DNA of 64,000 nt, from positions 46,387-110,386 of the forward strand of contig DCWS01000029.1 of assembly GCA_002328165.1 (NCBI GenBank), read 5' to 3'. The notes under the pieces are model-generated. The model was not told the origin of the DNA, did not search any database, and saw nothing but the letters and a program-made list of their open reading frames with translations. Origin of the DNA: Desulfobacteraceae bacterium UBA2156 (lineage in GTDB: Bacteria > Desulfobacterota > Desulfobacteria > Desulfobacterales > UBA2156). This document shows positions 41,493-50,021 of the stretch, piece by piece. Every line of letters begins with the position of its first letter. Positions within the stretch are counted from its first letter, which is position 1. The position numbers and the translations under genes were made by a program.

Positions 41493-41896
41493 ATGAAGTC
41501 TTCCAAATCTTCAGATATCTTCAAATCGTTTAAGGATCTCAAATTCCTCCTTGATAAAAAATCTTTATCCACAACCCGCCGCAGAGAAAATGACATAGAA
41601 GTTCACCGGGTAGTCAAAATCGATATTAAAAAGGAAAGCCAGCTTTTTTTTGGATGCAATGGATGGTGCAAAACCGTGGCTGTGGCCTCTCTTTCGCTTC
41701 AAAACCGATACTCAAAACCAAAGTTTTTCAGTGGCTCGCCAGCGAGCCATGGCGAAAGTGGGTTATCGCCTTCTCCAGCGCAAGGCTTTGTGATGGTGGC
41801 GCCGGAGCTGCCTATGTACTCCTGCGACAGCGCCCTGTCACTAAACGGTTAAGAAAACAAAAGAACACCCGCCTTCTCAGTTTCATCAATGTTTGA
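41493..41896 (+). pseudogene. Smr-domain protein gene: homopolymer frameshift plus large internal deletion
   Basis: The N-terminus is MKSSKSSDIFKSFKDLKFLLDKK...KKESQLF. A frameshift lies in the T8 run at 41644-41651, after which the next frame reads LDAMDGAKP. A second frame switch follows near 41668-41680, directly into ..GCGLSFASKPILKTKVFQWLASEPWRKWVIAFSSARLCDGGAGAAYVLLRQRP, the extreme C-terminus of Smr-domain proteins. The middle region and most of the Smr domain are missing. Confidence 0.6.
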
Positions 41897-42023
41897 CGGG
41901 ATCAGAAAAAGATATTTATTAGAAAAATATCGCTTGACAAATCAATTTTAAAAAACTAAATGATCTCGCTTTTGCCCCTGTTTCATACATCAATATTTTA
42001 TCGGAGGCATTGCACAAAGCCCC

Positions 42024-44090
42024 ATGAAAAATGATAATACTATAGTGAGGAACATCGGAATCAGTGCCCACATCGATGCGGGGAAAACCACGCTCACCGA
42101 AAGAATCCTCTATTATACAAAGCGAATCCATACCATACACGATGTCAAAGGAAAAGATGGCGTCGGGGCGACGATGGACTATATGGAGATCGAAAAAGAA
42201 CGCGGGATCACCATTGCTTCCGCTGCCACATACAGTGAATGGAATGGCCATAAAATCAACATCATTGATACCCCCGGCCATGTCGATTTCACTATAGAGG
42301 TAGAGCGCTCACTAAGGGTACTCGATGGCGCCATACTCGTCCTTTGTTCGGTGGGTGGGGTTCAGTCCCAATCTATCACGGTGGACCAGCAGATGGCCAG
42401 ATATAAGGTGCCCTGTATTGCCTTTGTCAACAAATGCGACCGAAGCGGTGCCAATCCGTCCCGTGTGATTGGCCAGCTCAAAGAAAAACTCGGTCATAAT
42501 GCCGTTGCCCTGCAAATACCGATCGGTCTTGAAGCTAATTTGGCAGGTATCATCGATCTTATCGAGATGAAGGCCGTATATTTTGACGGGGATAATGGAG
42601 AAGAGGTCCGAACCGAAGATATACCTGCAGCCCTCCTTCCAGAAGCAAGGGAAAAACGTGAGGCGCTCATCGATGCAGCTGCCATGTTTTCAGATGAATT
42701 GACGGAAGCCGCCTTTGAAGAGCGAATCACCTCCGATTTGTTGATTTCAGCCATCCGAAAAGCGACCTTAACACGCGAACTGACACCCGTCTTAATGGGG
42801 TCCGCGTATAAAAACAAGGGAGTTCAACCTCTCCTCAATGCAATCAATCGCTTACTCCCCTCTCCTTTTGAGGTGAAAAACCTGGCGATTGACCTTGAGG
42901 ATGAAGACAAAGAGATTGTTCTCTCAAGCGATGCCGACCTTCCACTGATCTCGCTCGTCTTTAAACTGGAGGACGGCCCATATGGCCAGCTTACCTACAT
43001 CCGGGTTTACCAGGGCATCCTTGCCAAAGGAAATACATTGGTCAATGTTCGGACAGGAAAAAAGGTCAAGATCGGCAGAGTGATCCGCATGCATGCGGAT
43101 CAAATGGAAGACATTGAAAAAATCCCGGCAGGATACATCGGAGCCCTTTTCGGTATTGACTGCACCTCGGGCGATACCTTAGTAACGCCGGGAATCCGAG
43201 TGAGCATGACATCCATGCACGTACCGGATCCGGTGATCTCTTTAGCAATTACACCCGAAGATTACAAATCTGAAATAGGCATGTCCAAGGCGTTAGAACG
43301 GTTTACCAAGGAGGATCCCACCTTCAAGACCCATCACAATGACGAGACCGATGAAACCATCATCTCCGGAATGGGAGAACTCCATTTGGAGGTCTATATC
43401 GAGCGGATGCGAAGAGAGTTTGACGCAACCGTATTCACAGGGGCACCCCAGGTGGCTTATAAGGAGACCATCACCTGCAGGGTGGAATTCAATTATACCC
43501 ACAAAAAGCAGACCGGAGGTGCCGGCCAGTTCGGTCGCGTGGCCGGTTATATGGAACCGGTTTCTAATAAGGAGTTTGTCTTTGAAAACCGGATTGTCGG
43601 TGGAGCCATTCCCACCCCGTATATCTCCGGGTGTGAAAAAGGTTTTAAAAAATGTCTTTCAAAAGGGCCCTTTGCAAAATTTCCGGTCACCGGAGTTAAA
43701 ATTGTCATCAACGACGGTAAGTCACATGCTGTTGATTCTTCTGATATGGCGTTTCAGGCCGCTGGCCGGGGGGCCTTTCTTCAAGGATATGCCAAAGCCC
43801 GACCGGTCATTCTTGAACCGATTATGAAAGTGGTGGTGGAAACGCCAACCGAATTTCAGGGCGCTGTCATGGGTACGTTGAGCAAACGGAGGGGAATCAT
43901 TGTCGGATCCCAGGACGAAGGCCGCTTCTGTATCATTGAAGCCCAGGTTCCCCTTGCGGAGATGTTCGGATATTCAACGGTCCTCAGATCTTCCACCCAG
44001 GGCAAGGCACAATTCACCATGGAATTTTCAGCCGCCAGACAGGTCCCCCGGCCTGTGGCGGAAAAATTACTTGAACAAAGAAAAAAATAA
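42024..44090 (+). CDS. fusA: Elongation factor G family GTPase (paralog located outside the str operon)
   Basis: The 688-aa product has the motifs [17 protein letters not shown] and NKCD, followed by EF-G domains II-V. Confidence 0.92.
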   Translation: MKNDNTIVRNIGISAHIDAGKTTLTERILYYTKRIHTIHDVKGKDGVGATMDYMEIEKERGITIASAATYSEWNGHKINIIDTPGHVDFTIEVERSLRVLDGAILVLCSVGGVQSQSITVDQQMARYKVPCIAFVNKCDRSGANPSRVIGQLKEKLGHNAVALQIPIGLEANLAGIIDLIEMKAVYFDGDNGEEVRTEDIPAALLPEAREKREALIDAAAMFSDELTEAAFEERITSDLLISAIRKATLTRELTPVLMGSAYKNKGVQPLLNAINRLLPSPFEVKNLAIDLEDEDKEIVLSSDADLPLISLVFKLEDGPYGQLTYIRVYQGILAKGNTLVNVRTGKKVKIGRVIRMHADQMEDIEKIPAGYIGALFGIDCTSGDTLVTPGIRVSMTSMHVPDPVISLAITPEDYKSEIGMSKALERFTKEDPTFKTHHNDETDETIISGMGELHLEVYIERMRREFDATVFTGAPQVAYKETITCRVEFNYTHKKQTGGAGQFGRVAGYMEPVSNKEFVFENRIVGGAIPTPYISGCEKGFKKCLSKGPFAKFPVTGVKIVINDGKSHAVDSSDMAFQAAGRGAFLQGYAKARPVILEPIMKVVVETPTEFQGAVMGTLSKRRGIIVGSQDEGRFCIIEAQVPLAEMFGYSTVLRSSTQGKAQFTMEFSAARQVPRPVAEKLLEQRKK

Positions 44091-44236
44091 TAAAAAATAT
44101 CTGATGACCAGGAATGATCCATTAAAATCTTTGAAAAATGCTCGATAAGAAAATGTTATTCCCATGAATTTACAGAATACTTCGGAAAGTAAAATTTGCG
44201 CCTGATGTTAGGATTGGGCAAAAGGAGGGGTTTTGC

Positions 44237-44938
44237 ATGAACAACGACGATCCGATTTTTCAAAATCCGCTGACACACTTGGAATACGATACCGAAGACC
44301 TCCTTCCTTTGGGAGGATTCGGTGCGGTGGTAGCCCGCGCTGGTGTTGGAAAAACATCATTTCTGGTTCAACTGGCATTAAACACCCTTTCAAGACAAAA
44401 AAATGTCCTACACATCAGTTTCAAGGATCCGATAGACAAGGTGAATCTTTGGTACAAGGAGGTCTTTTATAATCTTGTGACGTCAGGCACCTTCGAAGAG
44501 CCGGACGGACTATGGGAATGGTTACTTCCCAATAGGGTCATCATGACCTTCAAAACAACAGACTTCACTATTCCAATGCTCAAAGATAGGATCACAGACC
44601 TTATCGATCAGGCCCGGTTCTCACCCCAAACAATAATCATCGATGGCCTTCCCTTTAGATCGTCTCTTCAAAATTCACTTGCGAACCTGAAAGCGATCGC
44701 TAAAATCAACGCCTTTAGGGTCTGGTTCGCCGTAACCAGCCACCGCCACAAAACAACCGGACCGGACTATATACCCGGTCCTCTTTCTGCGGTTGCAGAT
44801 CTTTTCGAGACCATCATCCAACTTCAACCTGAAGGCAAAAAGATCCACGTCAAAATCATAAAAGGCCGGCCTAAGACCTCAGATCGTCCTCGGCTGTTCC
44901 TTGATCCTTCCACGCTATTGATACAAGAAAGCCACTAG
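44237..44938 (+). CDS. Small stand-alone RecA-fold P-loop ATPase (DnaB C-terminal / KaiC-like)
   Basis: The 233-aa product has Walker A VVARAGVGKTSFLVQLAL, which resembles DnaB ARPGMGKT, and a Walker-B-like QTIIIDGL. A strong RBS AAGGAGGGG lies upstream. Confidence 0.6.
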   Translation: MNNDDPIFQNPLTHLEYDTEDLLPLGGFGAVVARAGVGKTSFLVQLALNTLSRQKNVLHISFKDPIDKVNLWYKEVFYNLVTSGTFEEPDGLWEWLLPNRVIMTFKTTDFTIPMLKDRITDLIDQARFSPQTIIIDGLPFRSSLQNSLANLKAIAKINAFRVWFAVTSHRHKTTGPDYIPGPLSAVADLFETIIQLQPEGKKIHVKIIKGRPKTSDRPRLFLDPSTLLIQESH

Positions 44939-44994
44939 GCCAAAAACCCTTTCTGGGTTCATAATCGACTAACCGTCTAACCTCTTGAAATATG

Positions 44995-45023
44995 TTGACA
45001 TTATTTTAAGACCCTGTTATGAT
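44995..45023 (+). promoter_or_regulatory. Near-consensus sigma70 promoter upstream of the HNH gene
   Basis: TTGACA (44995-45000), a 17-nt spacer, then TATGAT (45018-45023). The predicted TSS near 45030 leaves a leader of about 165 nt before the ATG at 45197. Confidence 0.5.
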
Positions 45024-45196
45024 CCTTGCCAAGTTCGCCGGTACGTCGGCAAACGCTTTCCAAACCGAAGCGGCCAACACCGTCAGGTTATCTACATTGA
45101 ACGCAACTCTAACATTGCAGCCCGCTGGGATTTAGAGACGCCCTGACCGATTTTAGAGTTCGACCGGGGGTTTTAAGAGACAGAGGATTAGATCAA

Positions 45197-45706
45197 ATGA
45201 CACAGTGTATCTTGCTTAATGCAGACTATTCTTTTTTAAATATAGTCCATTGGAAGAGGGCCATGTGCCTTGTCGTAAAGGGAAAGGTTCAGGTCTTAAA
45301 GGAATCTGAACGAATTATCCGGGGCGCAGAAGGGTTGATCACGAAAGTCCCCGCTGTGTTGAAGCTGATCAAGGTAATTCGAACTCTCTACAAAAACCGG
45401 ATTCCTTTTAGCAAAAAAAATGTGTTGGTAAGGGATGGATTCAAATGTGGGTATTGCGGAAAAGACGGAGAAAGGTTGACGGTAGACCACATCATACCCA
45501 AATCAAAGGGCGGAAAGACCTGTTTTGAAAACTGTGTTGCGTGCTGTAAACCATGTAATAACAAGAAAGGGGCCAGAAAACCAAGCGAAGTGAATATGTA
45601 CCTGAAAGTAAAAGTCTACCAACCGACCATTTCAGAATTTTTAATACTGAGGGTCAAAAAACTCGGAATAAATGAGCTTTTAAAGGATTTCGGGATATAC
45701 GGATAG
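45197..45706 (+). CDS. HNH endonuclease (McrA-like small family)
   Basis: The 169-aa product has an N-terminal LLNADYSFLNIVHWKRAMCLVVKGKV segment and an HNH core CGYCGKDGERLTVDHIIPKSKGGKTCFENCVACCKPCNNKKG. Confidence 0.85.
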   Translation: MTQCILLNADYSFLNIVHWKRAMCLVVKGKVQVLKESERIIRGAEGLITKVPAVLKLIKVIRTLYKNRIPFSKKNVLVRDGFKCGYCGKDGERLTVDHIIPKSKGGKTCFENCVACCKPCNNKKGARKPSEVNMYLKVKVYQPTISEFLILRVKKLGINELLKDFGIYG

Positions 45707-45774
45707 CACTTTACCAAACAAACTGCATATAGATTGAAAAACCTTACAGTCCACTAAAATTTTTTCATAAAAAA

Positions 45775-46176
45775 TCAGAGGCGATCCTTTATTTTCTGGT
45801 AGGCCTCTTGCACTTCCTTAAAATGCTTTTCTGCCAACTTTTTAAACTCTTCACCCAGATGAACCACCTTGTCCGGATGATACTTGTTTACAAGACGTCT
45901 GTATGCCTTCTTTATTTCTTCTGCAGTGGCGTTTCTATCCACCTCAAGGATGGTATAGGGGTCTTTTAGTGTTTCGCCGCGGTCAGCATATTCCGTTTTG
46001 CGATATTGCTGCTGGTAGGCGTATTTTTTTCTTTTTTTTAAATAAAAATACCGCCACAAAAAGCCCAGGATCGCCAGGTCGTCGAGCCAACCCCACCCGA
46101 CCAACATGTCGGGGAGTATGTCATAGGGAGAGAGAACATACAATACGGCCAAAATGACTAAAATAATATTTATCAT
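45775..46176 (-). CDS. J-domain protein with N-terminal DUF1232-like membrane segment
   Basis: The 133-aa product has [23 protein letters not shown] (YkvA/DUF1232-like) followed by a J domain ([32 protein letters not shown]). Confidence 0.8.
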   Translation of the reverse strand: MINIILVILAVLYVLSPYDILPDMLVGWGWLDDLAILGFLWRYFYLKKRKKYAYQQQYRKTEYADRGETLKDPYTILEVDRNATAEEIKKAYRRLVNKYHPDKVVHLGEEFKKLAEKHFKEVQEAYQKIKDRL

Positions 46177-46314
46177 TCGTTTTCCGACAGAATCTCAATG
46201 GGGAATGCCCGGGTTATGTAACCCAAAATACATATTTAAAGCATATCGGTTCAATCACCATCACAACGGATTTGCAAGGAAAGAATACTTTATCAGATTA
46301 ACAAGGCCAAAAAA

Positions 46315-47577
46315 ATGAAACTGACGAAAGAAGAAAAAAGCTGGGTGCTGTATGATGTGGCCAACTCCGCCTTTGTCTTGATAATCGTTACGACCGTCAT
46401 GCCGATATTTTTCAAAGATATCGCTTCTAAAGGTGTCGCCGATGCCGTTTCAACCGGAAATTGGGGATTTGCCAATTCACTGGCATCATTACTTCTCGCC
46501 TTCATGGCGCCGATCATGGGCGCCTTCGCCGATTATAAGCTGTTTAAGAAACGGTTTCTGATGGGATTTTTGTCTTTGGGGATTCTTTTTACCCTGCTTT
46601 TGACCACTGTGAAAGAAGGAGATTGGCTGAGCTGCCTAATCATATTCATATTTGCCAGGGTCGGTTTCTCAGGAGCCAATCTGTTTTATGATGCGTTTCT
46701 GGTCGATGTAACAGAAAAAAAACGAATGGACTGGATATCATCGTGCGGATTTGCCTGGGGGTATATCGGAGGTGCTGTTCCGTTTGTTGCCGTGATCGCG
46801 GTGATCATAATCGGAATGTCCTCGGGCACCTCGGGTGCTATCTCCATCGAATCGGCAAAGATCGCCTTTGTTATTGTCGCGCTGTGGTGGCTGGGGTTCT
46901 CCTTTCCTATTCTGAAAAATGTAAGCCAGGTCCATTTTATTGAACATGTGGCGCATCCGATAAAGGACAGTTTTATTCGTCTGTTAAAAACCTTTAGGGA
47001 AATTCAAAAATATAAAAATGCTTTTCTTTTTTTAATCGCTTATTTTTTTTATATTGATGGTGTCGACACCATTATCACAATGGCAACCGCCTATGGCCGG
47101 GATATCGGACTCGGGATAACCATGCTAATCCTTGTGGTGCTGATGATTCAGGTCGTCGCTTTCCCGTTTGCGCTGGTTTATGGAAAACTGGCAAAAAAAT
47201 ATTCAACAAAGGCAATGTTGTTTGCAGGCATCGGCATTTATACGCTTATCACAATGATCAGCTTTTTTCTTCCTGCACTTCCCACAATGCAAATGAAAGT
47301 TCTGGTCTTCTGGGTGCTTGCTTTCCTTGTTGCAACTTCACAGGGAGGCATACAGGCCCTCAGCCGATCATATTTTGGTAAGCTTATCCCCGCGGAACAT
47401 GCTGGGGAGTTCTTTGGGTTCTATAACATTTTCGGAAAATTTGCCGCCATTACAGGCCCGTTTCTCGTGGGTCTTATCACCCGCGTCACCGGTCATTCCC
47501 GTTTTGGAATTTTAAGCATCATCGTCCTTTTTATTATTGGGGGAATCTTTCTTATAAAGGTCGACAGGGAGCCATGA
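46315..47577 (+). CDS. MFS transporter (UMF1/Atg22-like family)
   Basis: The 420-aa product has about 12 predicted TM helices and an N-terminus EEKSWVLYDVANSAF typical of the UMF1 family. Confidence 0.78.
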   Translation: MKLTKEEKSWVLYDVANSAFVLIIVTTVMPIFFKDIASKGVADAVSTGNWGFANSLASLLLAFMAPIMGAFADYKLFKKRFLMGFLSLGILFTLLLTTVKEGDWLSCLIIFIFARVGFSGANLFYDAFLVDVTEKKRMDWISSCGFAWGYIGGAVPFVAVIAVIIIGMSSGTSGAISIESAKIAFVIVALWWLGFSFPILKNVSQVHFIEHVAHPIKDSFIRLLKTFREIQKYKNAFLFLIAYFFYIDGVDTIITMATAYGRDIGLGITMLILVVLMIQVVAFPFALVYGKLAKKYSTKAMLFAGIGIYTLITMISFFLPALPTMQMKVLVFWVLAFLVATSQGGIQALSRSYFGKLIPAEHAGEFFGFYNIFGKFAAITGPFLVGLITRVTGHSRFGILSIIVLFIIGGIFLIKVDREP

Positions 47578-47694
47578 AAGTGTGCAATATTAAATTGGAC
47601 GAACATGATGCTTTCGAAACACCTGGTTCCATCAAGAATATTTGGCAAACAGATATAATAAGCTCGCAAAAAGGTCTTTTACAAACCGTCATGT

Positions 47695-49845
47695 TTATCT
47701 AAGGCGTTTGATAAAATGCCAGATCGCCTGGTGAACCCTTCCTGCACCTTCTCCAAGGAGAATTCCGTGGCGGCTAAAATTGAACAGAAGATACGTTTTG
47801 TCTGCCGAACCCAGCCGCTCAAAAATTCTTTTCGAACCGCCGGGATCAACTACCGGATCTCCTTGGGATTGGGCCACCAGCGCTGGAATGACGATTTCAG
47901 ACAGCTTCGATTCCAAAGATTCCATCAAACGCTCAATCTCCAGTACCCCTGAAATTGGGTTTCTCAAATAGTTGATGTGGGGATTTTCAGCATTATTGTT
48001 AACAAACTCTTTTTTGGCCCCATCAAATTTGAAGCGGTCCATGATCCGATTCCAGACGTCGACTGCTGGTACAAACTTTGATGAAAGATCCTGAAGACGG
48101 AGAGGGGGAGAAATTGCAAAAACACCTTTTACCTCTCTCATCCGGGTTACAAGATGAAGGGCGAGACCTGCACCGGTGGAAAATCCGCCGACCACCACTC
48201 GTTTGCAGATGTTGCTGATGATGGCATATCCGTTATCCACCGATTTCGACCAATCTGCATATGTTCTCAAAGCAAGATCGTCAGGGGAAGTCCCATGCCC
48301 TTTTAACCTAGGGGCGTAGACCCAAACCCCTCTTCGACCCAGATAGCAGGCAAGCTCTTTCACTTCAAGGGGTGCCGCCATATAACCGTGAACAAGCACC
48401 ACACCGAGATCTCTTGATCTTCCTTTGACGAGAAAAGGTCTGCCCACATCCTTTTTTTTTGATTCACCTTCGATATAAAATGCCTCATAATCTGCTTCAA
48501 ATTCACTCACAGCGTTTTTTAGTAATTGGGCGACGATCTTCCGTCTGATCCAAAAGTCAGGCTGCCACGCGATCCGGCGAAAATGCCGTTGGAGGTCGGT
48601 TAAAGGTTCCACTTCGTTCGCAATAACCGCAATGGGATTATCAATTCGAACCCGATGGAAAGGGAAAACAGAAGAAAATTTCGACCGGTCCTTTTCAAGC
48701 ACTTTACCGTTTTTCTTCACCACCCCTTTTTCCACTGCCAGGGTGATAAAATCCCTGTATATATCAAACCGATCGTCGATCAGAAGAGGAGCCTGGTCGC
48801 CGTTAAAATGCCGGTGAATCGGCACATTTTTCTTTTTGATGAAATCTGCCGCAAGGTAGACCTTCCGTCTCAGACTCCCCTCATCCATCCGTGAGCCGGG
48901 GACCTGCTTGAGCATGCTAGCAAACAGGTGATCATAGTTGAGGGTCGTCATCTTGTAGATATCCGAAATATAGCGATGCATCAAACCCAGGGCGGTTTTT
49001 CGCATGATCTGTTTTGAGGGGATCGGATCATCAAAATTGATTTTCCGTCTGGCTGACATATCGTTGTCGATGGCAATTTTTTTTAGAAAATGCGATACAG
49101 CAATCGGCTTGCCGAACCGGATGTCCGCATCGACTCCGGTTAGGAACATCGTTCCTTCGGTCATAATTTCTTCGATGACCCGTTCGGGGATTTCCTCCAC
49201 CAAATTCATGGCCAATTGACTCAGAATATTTTCCTCGGCTCTGATCGGGTAATAGGTAACATTGACCGGCACAATGTAGGTATTTTTATCCAGCAAAATC
49301 TCTATGGCATCTATCTTGAAAAGGCCCATCAACCGCTTTGCCTCCTCGGGAAACTCCTTTGACAGTTTGGACAACCGTTTCCGATAAAATTCGGTTCGAA
49401 GCGCCAAAGTCGCGGCACCAGTATGGGGAGGACGTCTGCCATCGCCGAATGAGATCATAAACCGCCCCTTTTCAACGATCTTTTTGCTTTTTACCATGCG
49501 GCCCTCAGGAAAAATGATCCAGGCGGCCTCTCCGGTCAGAAGACTTTTTACGATCAATAGATCCCGGTCCGGATTTTTTGTGGAGACAGCGCCGATCTTA
49601 TCGAGAAACCGACCAAGATAGGTTTCAAACAGATTGTAGTCCGCTAGGGACCAGACCGGTAAATGTGTAAGCCTATTGAGGTGATAGGGGAGAAGGAGTG
49701 TCTCAACCCTGGTGAAATGATTACTGACAAAAATGAGAGCGCCTTCAGGAATATTCTCCTTGCCATGGATATTGATTCTTGCCCTTGAAAGGAATGAAAG
49801 TGCCTTTATGGCAAGACCAGTTGTGCGATAGGCAAACCGGTTCAT
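47695..49845 (-). CDS. Fusion protein: LPLAT/PlsC-type acyltransferase domain plus C-terminal alpha/beta hydrolase (lysophospholipase-like)
   Basis: The 716-aa product has an N-terminal acyltransferase block VSNHFTRVETLL (an HX4E variant of HX4D) and IFPEGRMV. The C-terminus has VLVHGYMAAP...GFSTGAGLAL (the GxSxG nucleophile elbow). Confidence 0.7.
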   Translation of the reverse strand: MNRFAYRTTGLAIKALSFLSRARINIHGKENIPEGALIFVSNHFTRVETLLLPYHLNRLTHLPVWSLADYNLFETYLGRFLDKIGAVSTKNPDRDLLIVKSLLTGEAAWIIFPEGRMVKSKKIVEKGRFMISFGDGRRPPHTGAATLALRTEFYRKRLSKLSKEFPEEAKRLMGLFKIDAIEILLDKNTYIVPVNVTYYPIRAEENILSQLAMNLVEEIPERVIEEIMTEGTMFLTGVDADIRFGKPIAVSHFLKKIAIDNDMSARRKINFDDPIPSKQIMRKTALGLMHRYISDIYKMTTLNYDHLFASMLKQVPGSRMDEGSLRRKVYLAADFIKKKNVPIHRHFNGDQAPLLIDDRFDIYRDFITLAVEKGVVKKNGKVLEKDRSKFSSVFPFHRVRIDNPIAVIANEVEPLTDLQRHFRRIAWQPDFWIRRKIVAQLLKNAVSEFEADYEAFYIEGESKKKDVGRPFLVKGRSRDLGVVLVHGYMAAPLEVKELACYLGRRGVWVYAPRLKGHGTSPDDLALRTYADWSKSVDNGYAIISNICKRVVVGGFSTGAGLALHLVTRMREVKGVFAISPPLRLQDLSSKFVPAVDVWNRIMDRFKFDGAKKEFVNNNAENPHINYLRNPISGVLEIERLMESLESKLSEIVIPALVAQSQGDPVVDPGGSKRIFERLGSADKTYLLFNFSRHGILLGEGAGRVHQAIWHFIKRLR

Positions 49846-50021
49846 CAGGATACCCTTTCAAATGTACTTAAAGATTCCAGCAAGTTCTGGTGGTGGAAAC
49901 TGAGATTTGATCGATGAACTGTCGGGGATATCTCCGCTTTTCGGGTTCAAATATCCCTTTATCGTTCCTTTATAACCAAAAAATTTTGTAGTATCAATAA
50001 ACAGGTAGAGTTTAAAGGAGA

